A stretch of 35,142 nt of DNA from a virus (taxonomy: Duplodnaviria > Heunggongvirae > Uroviricota > Caudoviricetes): IMG/VR virus record IMGVR_UViG_3300028840_008153, positions 1 through 35,142 of that record. One strand, given 5' to 3'. Positions 7,661 through 16,216 of the stretch are shown one piece after another. The notes under the pieces are model-generated. The model made no database searches. It saw only the letters and a list, made by a program, of their open reading frames with translations, and was not told where the DNA came from. The position numbers and the translations under genes are program-made. The stretch's first letter is position 1. Each line of letters opens with the position of its first letter.

Positions 7661-8121
7661 CGATTCAGGATCTCCGTGCTGGAGTGCCCTGGAATGTACG
7701 GGCCTTTAAAAACGCGCCCCCCGATGGAAGGCACGAACTCCTCGCCGACGATCTTCTTGTCGGCGTAATCGCCTCCCTTGGCCAGCGCGATGGGCCGGAG
7801 GGTCTTGATGCATGCGAGCGGCGTGTCTTCTTCGAAGACCACCACGAAGTCGACCATGCGCAGCGCCAGGAGCACCATTCCCCGGTTGCTTGCCGTGTGG
7901 ACGGGACGCGACGGCCCTTTCAGCCGCGCAACCGACGCGTCACTGTTTATGGCCACGGTGATCGGGGCGCGAAGGCCCTCTCTGACGAGCGTGCGCTGGA
8001 GCCAGCAAAGAAAATTGATGTGGCCGGCGTGGATGATGTCGTAGCACCCGTTGGTGAGCGCCACGCGCCTCGATCCGAGAAAGTTGGCTAGTGATCGGGC
8101 GTCTTCCCAGTACCGCTGCAT
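7645..8121 (-). CDS. rfaE2: RfaE/HldE domain II-like nucleotidyltransferase (ADP-heptose synthase adenylyltransferase domain)
   Basis: TNGCYDIIHAGH (HxGH), INSDASVARLKGPSRPV, FEEDTP, KGGDY, HSSTEIL; start set to ATG at 8121. Confidence 0.88.
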   Translation of the reverse strand: MQRYWEDARSLANFLGSRRVALTNGCYDIIHAGHINFLCWLQRTLVREGLRAPITVAINSDASVARLKGPSRPVHTASNRGMVLLALRMVDFVVVFEEDTPLACIKTLRPIALAKGGDYADKKIVGEEFVPSIGGRVFKGPYIPGHSSTEILNRCKDT

Positions 8122-8435
8122 GACGGGCTCCCTGTTTCTGATTTCACTTGGGAACCGAGCCGCACCAGCATGCTGCCGAGAATAACGCCGAGCTGTCCCA
8201 TGTAGTTGGTCAGCGCCTTGAGCATGGCAATCAGTTCGGCGGGACCGGGATTGCGCGGACGCCACCAGCCGTTGGGAAGATCGCTCTCAAAGCTCCAGTC
8301 CACCACGATGGTGACGGACCGGACCTCCGGGATCTCCAAGAGGCTGTCGGCGGCAGCCTGGGCCAACCGGGACGCTTTCTCGTCTATGCGTTCATTCTGA
8401 GGGCTCGCTTCCTCCTTCCGTGACTCTGTCATCAT
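8088..8435 (-). CDS. hypothetical protein
   Basis: MMTESRKEE..., AGGAGGT RBS. Confidence 0.65.
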   Translation of the reverse strand: MMTESRKEEASPQNERIDEKASRLAQAAADSLLEIPEVRSVTIVVDWSFESDLPNGWWRPRNPGPAELIAMLKALTNYMGQLGVILGSMLVRLGSQVKSETGSPSCSGTGKTPDH

Positions 8436-8820
8436 TACCTCCTTGGGCAAGAAGATCAAGACTATCAACGTCGCTTTGCAGATCTTTCTCCACCCGTGGC
8501 GTGCGGCAGTGTTTATACAGCACGTCGTTGAGAAGGTTGGACAACCGCGTCACGGCAAAGGAAAGCGGTATGAGGGCGAGAAACTGGTATCCGTGGAGGT
8601 CCTGCCACAAGAGCAACACCAGCAAAACGTATGGTGTCCAGTAGCTGAGGCAGAACGGGCAAAGGAAAAGTGCCGGGAAGAAACCTTCCTTGGTTTCGAA
8701 CCAGGACCGGAAGCGCGCGAAGATCTCGCCGTGGCGAGCCGCCTCGATCACCGCACAGTTGGCGAACGCGACGATCACCGCAGCGATGAGACATTCACTC
8801 AAGCTCACCGAAAACCTCAT
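8392..8820 (-). CDS. membrane protein, DUF1360-like
   Basis: three hydrophobic segments and LFLCPFCLSYW motif. Confidence 0.65.
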   Translation of the reverse strand: MRFSVSLSECLIAAVIVAFANCAVIEAARHGEIFARFRSWFETKEGFFPALFLCPFCLSYWTPYVLLVLLLWQDLHGYQFLALIPLSFAVTRLSNLLNDVLYKHCRTPRVEKDLQSDVDSLDLLAQGGNDDRVTEGGSEPSE

Positions 8821-9034
8821 CTGCCGTCTTTTCGGGAATGTAGGGCTGCCGTTCCTCGTCGGGGACGGCAACGACATGTTCGTCGGGTCCGTCCGCCTCC
8901 ACGAGACAGGGGAGGGGGACGACGGGTCTGAAATGCGATAAGAGATTGTGGCCGAAGAACTTTGATCGGTGCCTCTGAGGCGCGACGATGCGCGAACGTT
9001 CGAGGAACCCTGCAGAACTTCTGGATATGTTCAT
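8795..9034 (-). CDS. hypothetical protein
   Basis: 79-aa ORF with GAGGTG RBS. Confidence 0.5.
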   Translation of the reverse strand: MNISRSSAGFLERSRIVAPQRHRSKFFGHNLLSHFRPVVPLPCLVEADGPDEHVVAVPDEERQPYIPEKTADEVFGELE

Positions 9035-9109
9035 CAGTCACCTCTATAATGAACACGCGGTCGAGTTCGGGCGCCAAACCCACGTGTCATTATAGGGTCG
9101 CCGGACTCA

Positions 9110-9226
9110 TTAGGCAAGACCGGCAGCCATGCGGTCCCCAATCTCTTTGGCGACCATGCCGACCAGCGTCTGAAGCGCTGAGAAGAGCATGACAGCCAAC
9201 GATCGGAAGAACTCAACAATGGTCAT
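9110..9226 (-). CDS. small hydrophobic peptide (38 aa)
   Basis: MTIVEFFRSLAVMLFSALQTLVGMVAKEIGDRMAAGLA with GGAGGT RBS. Confidence 0.4.
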   Translation of the reverse strand: MTIVEFFRSLAVMLFSALQTLVGMVAKEIGDRMAAGLA

Positions 9227-11048
9227 GATGACCTCCACTTCTGATACTGAACTCACCTCATACAAGAACATCGCCCGGCTCAGAGAAGAGATGAATGCCG
9301 GGCAGCCGGTTGACGAGTTGACCGCTCTCAAGACCTTCGTGGACTTCTACAAGACCAGGCCCGACACGCTCGTGCCGATCCTGGGCCTGCTCAACTTGAA
9401 AGGCCGGCCGTACTCGCTCAGGGATCATTTTGCAATGGAGCCGCTGTTCAAACTGCGGCTCCCCCGGCGGATGCTGTTCATGTGTGGCCGCCAGATCAGC
9501 AAATCGACTTCACTGGCGGCTTCCGGCATTCTGCGCGCGGCGTGTCAGCCGCATTTGTCAACGCTCGTGATAACGCCGCGCTTCGAGCAGTTGCGCCGGC
9601 TTTCGTCCAATTACTTCGCCCCCTTCATGACCAAAAGTCCCATCGTTAACGTCATGACGGATGAAAGTTGTACGAAACAGGTCCTCCAGCGGACCTTCTC
9701 GAACGGTTCCTCGGTTTTCTTCAGCTTTGCGTTCTTGGACTGCGATCGGGTCCGGGGGCTCAGTTGTGATTGGATCGACTACGACGAGGTGCAGGATCTG
9801 GATTACGAATTCCTTCCGATCATTCACGAATGCATGTCGGCCTCCAAGCTGCGGATGTCCCTCTACTCCGGTACGCCGAAGACACTGGACAACACCATCC
9901 AGGCGCTGTGGGAGGAATCCTCCCAGGCCCAGTGGGTCATCCCGTGCAGCTTGTGCGGAAAGTGGAACATGGCCACGGTGCATGAAGACCTTCTCAAAAT
10001 GATCGGCAGAAAGACCTTGGTGTGTGCGAAATGCCAGCGCCCGATCAATGCGCGCGCGGGACACTGGTATCACACGGTCAAGGCGAATATGGCCAAGTTT
10101 CAGGCTTACCACATCCCCCAGCCCATAATGCCCATGCACTATGAGGATTCGGAGAAGTGGGGCGAGCTGATTGACAAGCGTGACGGTAAGAACAATTACG
10201 ATCAGGCGCGGTTCTACAATGAGGTCCTTGGTGAAAGCTGCGACGTTGGAAACAAGCTGGTCACGATCACGGACATCAAGAAGGCTTCACGTTTGGGCGT
10301 TAATGACCTTGAGAAATGCATTGACGAGTTTCGACGTTGTAACGTTAGGGTGCTGGGAGTCGACTGGGGCGGCGGCGGGGAGGACGAGGTCTCCTTCACC
10401 ACGGCTGCGCTGGTCGGACTCCGGTCGGACGGGAAAATCGGATGTTCCTACGCGGTCCGCTTCCACGCGGGGTTCACCCACGATGAAGAGGCCCGGGCAC
10501 TGTTGCGGTTGTTCAAGGAGGGCGCCTGCCACTACTTCGCCCATGACTACGGCGGATCGGGAAGCGTGCGCGAGACCCTGATGATCCAGGCGGGCCTGCC
10601 GATCGACCGCATCGTCAACTTCATGTATGTCCGGGCGACCGCCCGGAACATGGTCCACTGGAAGCCCCCGCACGCCGGTGAGATGCGCGGGTACTTCGCG
10701 CTGGACAAGGCCCGCTCTCTGGTGCTGCAGGCCACCTGCATCAAGGGCAACGTGATCTGGCTGCCCGAGTACGAATCGAGCAAGAACGTCACCCACGATC
10801 TGCTGGCGCTGCTCGAAGACAAGCACGAGATGCCGAAGGGGGCCGATATCTACCTCGTGCGCAAGCAGCCCAAACTCCCCGATGATTTCGCGCATGCGCT
10901 CAATTATGGCTGCGTGGCTATCTGGCACATGACCAAGCGCTACCCGGACCTGAGTTCGATCCAGGGGATCAAACTGACGTCCCAGCAGCTGAGCCTGTCC
11001 TCGCCGCCCGACATGGAGGCGCTCCGCCGCACGTTGCCGCAGGAGTGA
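9189..11048 (+). CDS. terL: terminase large subunit, GpA-like (true start possibly ATG 9291)
   Basis: Walker A CGRQISKST, Walker B WIDYDEVQD, motif III YSGTPKT, CxxC pairs (PCSLCG, VCAKC), FYNEVLG, nuclease VLGVDWG. Confidence 0.92.
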   Translation: MTANDRKNSTMVMMTSTSDTELTSYKNIARLREEMNAGQPVDELTALKTFVDFYKTRPDTLVPILGLLNLKGRPYSLRDHFAMEPLFKLRLPRRMLFMCGRQISKSTSLAASGILRAACQPHLSTLVITPRFEQLRRLSSNYFAPFMTKSPIVNVMTDESCTKQVLQRTFSNGSSVFFSFAFLDCDRVRGLSCDWIDYDEVQDLDYEFLPIIHECMSASKLRMSLYSGTPKTLDNTIQALWEESSQAQWVIPCSLCGKWNMATVHEDLLKMIGRKTLVCAKCQRPINARAGHWYHTVKANMAKFQAYHIPQPIMPMHYEDSEKWGELIDKRDGKNNYDQARFYNEVLGESCDVGNKLVTITDIKKASRLGVNDLEKCIDEFRRCNVRVLGVDWGGGGEDEVSFTTAALVGLRSDGKIGCSYAVRFHAGFTHDEEARALLRLFKEGACHYFAHDYGGSGSVRETLMIQAGLPIDRIVNFMYVRATARNMVHWKPPHAGEMRGYFALDKARSLVLQATCIKGNVIWLPEYESSKNVTHDLLALLEDKHEMPKGADIYLVRKQPKLPDDFAHALNYGCVAIWHMTKRYPDLSSIQGIKLTSQQLSLSSPPDMEALRRTLPQE

Positions 11049-11069
11049 TTTCGGAACCGGTTCCCAAAT
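11048..11069. promoter_or_regulatory. 22-bp palindromic site, copy 1
   Basis: ATTTCGGAACCGGTTCCCAAAT directly after the terL stop. Confidence 0.6.
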
Positions 11070-11115
11070 AGCTAAGGAAAATCAGAGGCCCGCCCTGGTG
11101 CCGGAGCACCAGGGC
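11068..11115 (-). terminator. hairpin between convergent genes, followed by TTTTCCTTAGCTAT
   Basis: GCCCTGGTGC-CGGA-GCACCAGGGC (11092-11115). Confidence 0.6.
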
Positions 11116-11167
11116 AAGCCCTGCTGCATTATCGGACGACATTGAGTCTTGCCTACTCTGCTCCCTA

Positions 11168-11368
11168 TTAAGCGGCTTTTTTGCACTCGTCGCACAAAGG
11201 GCCTTCCTCCGAACAGCTCCAGCCCATGCGCTCGGCGTCACGGGCGAGGATGTCGGCAGCGCTTTCTCCGGGGTCTCCCAGGCGAAGACCGCCGCAGCGC
11301 GTGCAGCATATGAGATTGTCCTCATCGCCGACTTTTACGAACTTTCGCAACTTCGTGGCCTCGCACAT
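11168..11368 (-). CDS. small zinc-finger protein
   Basis: CCTRC...GW...LCDEC; AGGAG RBS. Confidence 0.65.
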   Translation of the reverse strand: MCEATKLRKFVKVGDEDNLICCTRCGGLRLGDPGESAADILARDAERMGWSCSEEGPLCDECKKAA

Positions 11369-11402
11369 TTTGTTTCTCCTGACTACCCCTGAGGGTTAAA
11401 GG

Positions 11403-11440
11403 AAAGAAAAACTTGCCCCGGCGCGAGAACGCGCCGGGGC
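11403..11440 (-). terminator. intrinsic terminator
   Basis: 11-bp GC stem GCCCCGGCGCG/CGCGCCGGGGC then TTTTTCTTT on minus strand. Confidence 0.75.
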
Positions 11441-11463
11441 GTGTTGCCACCGACGAGGTTGGT

Positions 11464-11832
11464 TCAGGAGCGGCTGAAGCAGTGTCCACGCGCGCCGCTG
11501 GAGAAATTGCGGCTGCGGCGGGCTTCGTTCAGATCGTCCTCCAGATCCGTCGGCCAGGCCCAGGAGCCGCCGCGCCGGGTGCAGCGCAGGCTGGTTGCCA
11601 GGGCGTCGTAGCCGATGTCGAAGAGCCGGCCAAAGTGGTCGCGCTCCTTGCGCGCCTTTTCGCCGCGCTCGCTGAAGACGCCGGAGCGCCGGTATTCGTC
11701 GTTGGCGCGAGTGGCCATCCGAACGATCAGCTTGAGCTTCTCCACCTTGGCTCGCGCGCTGACGTTGGCGCCGACGATGTAGTTGCGCACCTCACGTTCC
11801 GAAGTCCTGGGGGAGATCACGAAAGTGCCCAT
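11464..11832 (-). CDS. hypothetical basic protein
   Basis: 122-aa ORF, AAAGGA RBS, followed by terminator. Confidence 0.65.
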   Translation of the reverse strand: MGTFVISPRTSEREVRNYIVGANVSARAKVEKLKLIVRMATRANDEYRRSGVFSERGEKARKERDHFGRLFDIGYDALATSLRCTRRGGSWAWPTDLEDDLNEARRSRNFSSGARGHCFSRS

Positions 11833-12172
11833 CTTACGTCCTTTCTAAGCAGCACCAGGGATAAGCGCCGCCATTTGGAATGCAGGCCCGATGGCGAGAA
11901 CTCCACTTCACCGGACCCGACTTGTTCTTGTTTCCCGGCCGGAACACCCGCACCGGGTCCTGATTTCAACTTGACCCGCTCACGAGCGCACACCGATCAG
12001 CGCCGCTTCCCGCTCACCTCCGTGGTTGGAGCCGGGAGAGATCGATCACTGGCAGATCCGTTTCATCGAAGGTCCGCCGCCCGCATCCGTGGTTGGGGCC
12101 GGCCGAAGCGATCGAGTCCAAGGTCGCCGTGAGTCAGGTCGGGGAGTCCAGATAATTCATCGTGTGTACTTC

Positions 12173-12201
12173 ATACTAGCACGTTTTTGCACGTTTTTTA
12201 G
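12173..12201 (-). promoter_or_regulatory. promoter motif CTAAA-N18-TAGTAT
   Basis: one of seven co-oriented copies with conserved spacing. Confidence 0.65.
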
Positions 12202-12525
12202 CTACGCAGCGGCTGCCTGCGCCTGCTCGGTGGGAATGTCGAAGAGCTTGCACACCGCGTAACGGGCGTGATCGCCCGCATTGAGCAGTGCATAGGAACA
12301 CGAGAAAATGGCTATCCCGCAAGCGAATCCGGCCAGAAGGCCAACGGCCGGCCACATCACGTGGATGCTATGCAGAATGGTCACGGCGATCGAGGCCCAG
12401 CCCAGCGCGCAGGCGCCACTGACCAAAACCTCGTCAGTCTTGCTGTTGGGCTCGGCCCACAGGGACGACACCAGTGTGATTCCGGCGGCGACGAACAGGA
12501 TTGCAGCGAGAAGAGGTGCGGGCAT
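12202..12525 (-). CDS. membrane protein (about 3 TM)
   Basis: MPAPLLAAILF..., AGGAG RBS, hydrophobic segments. Confidence 0.7.
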   Translation of the reverse strand: MPAPLLAAILFVAAGITLVSSLWAEPNSKTDEVLVSGACALGWASIAVTILHSIHVMWPAVGLLAGFACGIAIFSCSYALLNAGDHARYAVCKLFDIPTEQAQAAAA

Positions 12526-12593
12526 TTTGTTTCTCCTGGTTAGAAAGAGGCGGAAAGGGCGAGGGGCCAGCCGAAACCGGCCCCGAGAAAAAC

Positions 12594-12986
12594 TTAATTC
12601 CAAGCGTATCGGGCGTGTCTGACTGCTTGTGCTGCGATGGAGCGCGACGGCGGCACGACCTCAAGTTTGGGAGCCGACGTCAAGACCCAAACGATCGACT
12701 GTGCGAATGTTGACAGGAGCGGGACGCCTACAACAACAAAACCGAGAATGACCCCGATGATACCCACCGTGGCCAGAACGGCCGAGAAGCCGGACACCAC
12801 AGCAAGCACCTGAAGAGCGCCCAACGTGAAAAACCTCAAAGCAAGATACGCGGCAAAGGTGCCGATCGCTGCCGCAACCGCGCGGGCCAGCGTCTGCCAA
12901 CCCTGAACGTTCTCAACGACCCACAGGCCGCCGAGTACCAGCGCCGCCACGGCGGCACAAATCAGCGAGACGATGAAAGGACTCAT
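12594..12986 (-). CDS. membrane protein (3-4 TM)
   Basis: 130 aa, mostly hydrophobic, AGGAG RBS. Confidence 0.7.
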   Translation of the reverse strand: MSPFIVSLICAAVAALVLGGLWVVENVQGWQTLARAVAAAIGTFAAYLALRFFTLGALQVLAVVSGFSAVLATVGIIGVILGFVVVGVPLLSTFAQSIVWVLTSAPKLEVVPPSRSIAAQAVRHARYAWN

Positions 12987-13069
12987 TATGTTTCTCCTGT
13001 TTAACAGCGGGAAACCGACCCGAGCACGAGGCCGGTTTCCCGTAGGGAAATGTACGTGTGCTCTATGGG

Positions 13070-13098
13070 ATACTACCTCGTTTGAGCCCTTTTTTTAG
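13070..13098 (-). promoter_or_regulatory. promoter motif CTAAA-N18-TAGTAT, followed by leader hairpin 13008-13042
   Basis: conserved motif and spacing. Confidence 0.6.
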
Positions 13099-13123
13099 CC
13101 TTTTGAGGCCCGGCCAAAACGGG

Positions 13124-13690
13124 TCAGGAAACGGCCGGCACCCCCTTCGTGATGCCGGGAATGCCGGTGTTGATGACATCGGAGACCAGCTGCTTGGCGT
13201 CCGCTTCCTTCTTCTTCCAGAGGCGCGTGACTGCCGCAAAACTAAGAAGGTTGTACGACGCGATCAGCGACTGGTAGAGCGCGTTTGCCGACAGCGTCCC
13301 GATCAGGATTCTCATCCCCCAGGTGGTCAGCTCCCGCAGATTGGCAGCGATGTTGTGCGCCACGAAAAACCCGCAGAAGATCACGGCGATGCAGGCCACG
13401 ACATCGCTGACCGGCACGTTCCCGTAGAGCCTCGCCCGCTTGCAGGGGAACAAGGGGAAGAAGTGGTGGACCAGCATGGCGATCATGCCGCTCAGGGCGA
13501 ACGTTCCGACACCGGCGCCCCAGTGCAGAATCTTGGCGGGAATCTCGCCGACGTTGTCCTTCACCAGCGTGAGCAGGTTCGGGACGACCAGAAGCCAGAA
13601 GGCCGCAAACAGCACGGCGACTGACATGTATGCCGGGATCACGTAGATGGCCGGCAGGTAAGAGCACAGGTTGAACAGGAATCCAAACAT
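13124..13690 (-). CDS. membrane protein (4-5 TM)
   Basis: MFGFLFNLCSY..., AAGGGGG RBS. Confidence 0.7.
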   Translation of the reverse strand: MFGFLFNLCSYLPAIYVIPAYMSVAVLFAAFWLLVVPNLLTLVKDNVGEIPAKILHWGAGVGTFALSGMIAMLVHHFFPLFPCKRARLYGNVPVSDVVACIAVIFCGFFVAHNIAANLRELTTWGMRILIGTLSANALYQSLIASYNLLSFAAVTRLWKKKEADAKQLVSDVINTGIPGITKGVPAVS

Positions 13691-13733
13691 AGGACCCCCT
13701 TTCATTAGAGTTGACGAAAAGTCAGAAGCCCGA

Positions 13734-14132
13734 TTACCGGCCCTCCAACACTGATGTTTTTGCCGCCTCAAAGAGGCGCACGAAGCCCTGCGGAGAAAGC
13801 AGGGTCCGCGTTTTCATGTGGGTCGCCATGTTGCTGTACGCCTGCATGGCGCACGCGAGAGCGACGTAGCTGCCCATCGCTTCATGTTGAAGCTCTGACA
13901 GCTTTTTGTGTGCGGAGCCGACCGGCTCCATCTCCTCCAACGACTCTTTGGCCACCTCGAAATAAAGCTGGCCCTGGCTGACCATCTTCAGGTACTTCGG
14001 CCAGCATTTGCTGGAGAAGTCCAAGAGCTGTTGACGAGTACGGATCTCAGAAAGACCCGAGTACAGCTCACGGCCTGCCCTCTCAAACAGCCCTTTTGCC
14101 GCCTCGAACTGAAACCTGATCTCCGTGCTCAT
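13734..14132 (-). CDS. hypothetical helical protein
   Basis: 132-aa ORF, AGGAGGT RBS. Confidence 0.7.
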   Translation of the reverse strand: MSTEIRFQFEAAKGLFERAGRELYSGLSEIRTRQQLLDFSSKCWPKYLKMVSQGQLYFEVAKESLEEMEPVGSAHKKLSELQHEAMGSYVALACAMQAYSNMATHMKTRTLLSPQGFVRLFEAAKTSVLEGR

Positions 14133-14176
14133 TCCACACCTCCTGAAAGAGTTAGTAAAAACCGGTCCAGCAAGGT

Positions 14177-14205
14177 ATTGTAACCCGAAAGAGGACTTGA
14201 TTTAG
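14177..14205 (-). promoter_or_regulatory. promoter motif CTAAA-N18-TACAAT
   Basis: conserved motif; -35 box overlaps the RBS of the divergent gene. Confidence 0.65.
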
Positions 14206-14215
14206 GAGCCCGCAA

Positions 14216-14989
14216 ATGCGCCTGGTCCCCCTCCTGTTCCTGCTTCTGCTGGTCGGCTGCGTGGCCGACAACGAATCCAGGCAGTCGTCCGATCCCGTCA
14301 CGGAAACCCACATCAACGTCCCGCCACCCAAGGTCGAGGTGAAGCAGGCGGACACGGACAAGATCGTGGAGGACACGGCCGCCCGCGTCTCGCAGAACGT
14401 CAAGACCGATCTGGCAGCCAACCAGGCCCAGCTGTCCGGCCATATCGTGGCGCAGCTTCACAAGCTGGAGGCCAACATGAAGGGGCTTCTCAATCTGGAG
14501 GCCAAGCTGGAGAACAAGATGTACGCCGACCTGAGAGCCGATCTGACCAGCACGGTCTCGGCCGTCGCCGAGCTGAGGGCCAACTTCAGCGCCAACGTGA
14601 CCGTGACCAACAAGATGGACGCCAAGATCGACAACCAGATGAAGGCGCTCTCGGACATCAAGACCGAACTGGGAAACGTGGCAGGGCAGGCCGACGCCAC
14701 GGTCGCCGCTCAAATGGGCCTGTCCAACAAACTCACCAAGATGCAAACCACGCTGCAGACCGATATCAAGGCGGGGCGGGATGTGAACATGTGGCCCGTG
14801 TCTGCGGTGATCACGGTGCTGGGAATCGTGCTGCTGCTGGGCGGGCTGATCTTCGGGATCACGGCCGTCATTGCCAAGCGGGCCTACGACAACGCGCGCG
14901 CGAGGCAGGACAACTACATGAAGCTGCTGATGGCGGCTCTCGGCGATCTGGAGCCCCACAAGGCCGAGAAGATCCGAGCGCAGCTCTGA
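14216..14989 (+). CDS. lipoprotein with long coiled coil and C-terminal TM helix; candidate unimolecular spanin
   Basis: signal MRLVPLLFLLLLVG-C (lipobox), heptad-rich middle, TM VSAVITVLGIVLLLGGLIFGITAVIA. Confidence 0.7.
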   Translation: MRLVPLLFLLLLVGCVADNESRQSSDPVTETHINVPPPKVEVKQADTDKIVEDTAARVSQNVKTDLAANQAQLSGHIVAQLHKLEANMKGLLNLEAKLENKMYADLRADLTSTVSAVAELRANFSANVTVTNKMDAKIDNQMKALSDIKTELGNVAGQADATVAAQMGLSNKLTKMQTTLQTDIKAGRDVNMWPVSAVITVLGIVLLLGGLIFGITAVIAKRAYDNARARQDNYMKLLMAALGDLEPHKAEKIRAQL

Positions 14990-15022
14990 TAGGTAAAAAA
15001 AGGGCGCCTTACTGCGCGCCCT
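14989..15022 (-). terminator. intrinsic terminator ending TTTTTTTACCTAT
   Basis: AGGGCGC/GCGCCCT stem plus U-tract on minus strand. Confidence 0.65.
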
Positions 15023-15320
15023 GTTTGGCTTTGCCCTCGGCAGTGAGAATCACCTCTGCCAGGGCTTCTACCCAAGACTTCCACCGTGCATGCCGCGCCT
15101 GAGCCATCCGCAGCTCCCTTTCCGCACGAACAAGATCCAACTTGTCAGCGCGATGCCTCTCTCGTTCTAAGTCTTTCTCAGCACGAGCGAGTTCCTGGGC
15201 CTTCAGGTTCTCCTGGGAGCGGCAGTGTGCCATGAGCGTATCTAGTGGGTCCGTGCCGGCCAGCAGGGCTCCACAGTCCGGGCAGAACTTAGTCGTACGT
15301 TCCTTCTGGCAGCAGATCAT
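15009..15320 (-). CDS. zinc-ribbon plus coiled-coil protein
   Basis: MICC...FCPDCG; GGAG RBS. Confidence 0.7.
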   Translation of the reverse strand: MICCQKERTTKFCPDCGALLAGTDPLDTLMAHCRSQENLKAQELARAEKDLERERHRADKLDLVRAERELRMAQARHARWKSWVEALAEVILTAEGKAKQGAQ

Positions 15321-15406
15321 TTGTTTCTCCAGGATGTGAGCGCTCGTACGCTCGGGCTAACTGAAAAACAACAGGAGCAAGGCGTAGCCCACGATCGTCC
15401 CGATCA

Positions 15407-15601
15407 CTACGCCCCAGTTGGTTTCCTTCTCTTCAGCGGGCATGATCGCCCCTCTCTCCCCTCCGTGGACTTCGGAACCGGTTCCGAAATCGGGCCAAAG
15501 GGCAGGTTCAGTTGCCTGCCCTTGCGTTCGTACCTGCGTTTTTCCTCCATCTCGGCCAGGACCCGCTGAAGGATCTGACCGAGGCGTTCGGGCTGTCCCA
15601 T
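15407..15601 (-). CDS. small basic protein with QLNLPF motif
   Basis: ATG at 15601 after GGAGG. Confidence 0.55.
   Translation of the reverse strand: MGQPERLGQILQRVLAEMEEKRRYERKGRQLNLPFGPISEPVPKSTEGREGRSCPLKRRKPTGA
15469..15490. promoter_or_regulatory. 22-bp palindromic site, copy 2
   Basis: perfect 18-bp core TTCGGAACCGGTTCCGAA (15471-15488). Confidence 0.6.
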
Positions 15602-15603
15602 GA

Positions 15604-16113
15604 TCAGCCCTCCATCGCTTTGTATTTGGCCAGCAGGTGAGCCAACTTTATGGACAGTTCGGTGAAGCAGCATAGTTTGTCCACGTCGTGTTCCGGCGGC
15701 ACCAAGCGAACGGCTTCAATGTGAGCAGCACCCACCCGCATTGCCTCCTTCCGGTTCGCCGCCGAAGGCTCCGCCTCGACGATCCGGATCTGAGACCGCA
15801 AGTCGGTAATGGCCCGATGAAGCGTGATATCTTTTTGCGCGGTCTGCACGAAGTCAGACGCGTGGCTGATTCTCTCAGCCTGGTCGAGGAGAAACTGGAC
15901 ATCCTCGTAGTGTCGGCGCATCTGCTGAAACGACGGTCGGAGGAGTCCCTCCGAGGCCCCCAAATCCATCAATCGCTGGTAGATCTCGGCATTCTTTATC
16001 AGCCGAGCCAGCGAATACGCCAGTATGTTCGTCTCTCGCAACCGAGAGAACTCGATGAAGCTCTGGGCGGCCTCTTCAGCCCCCTCTGTGAGGTACTCGG
16101 CTAACGTCCCCAT
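15604..16113 (-). CDS. hypothetical helical protein
   Basis: 169-aa ORF, GGAGGGAG RBS. Confidence 0.7.
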   Translation of the reverse strand: MGTLAEYLTEGAEEAAQSFIEFSRLRETNILAYSLARLIKNAEIYQRLMDLGASEGLLRPSFQQMRRHYEDVQFLLDQAERISHASDFVQTAQKDITLHRAITDLRSQIRIVEAEPSAANRKEAMRVGAAHIEAVRLVPPEHDVDKLCCFTELSIKLAHLLAKYKAMEG

Positions 16114-16149
16114 TTATCTCCCTCCGGTTAAAGGTAAGTCCTGCACATG

Positions 16150-16178
16150 ATTTTAACGCCTGCGGGGGCTGAATTTAG
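16150..16178 (-). promoter_or_regulatory. promoter motif CTAAA-N18-TAAAAT
   Basis: shares CCTGCACATGATTTTAACGCC exactly with the 22536 copy. Confidence 0.7.
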
Positions 16179-16216
16179 AGGCTGGGCCGAAGGCCCGCCT
16201 GTGATAAGATTCGCCC

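Noticed and set aside
15357-15407. 16-aa hydrophobic micro-ORF (MIGTIVGYALLLLFFS, GTG start) on the minus strand
   Set aside because: Too short and lacks an RBS; cannot be supported from sequence alone
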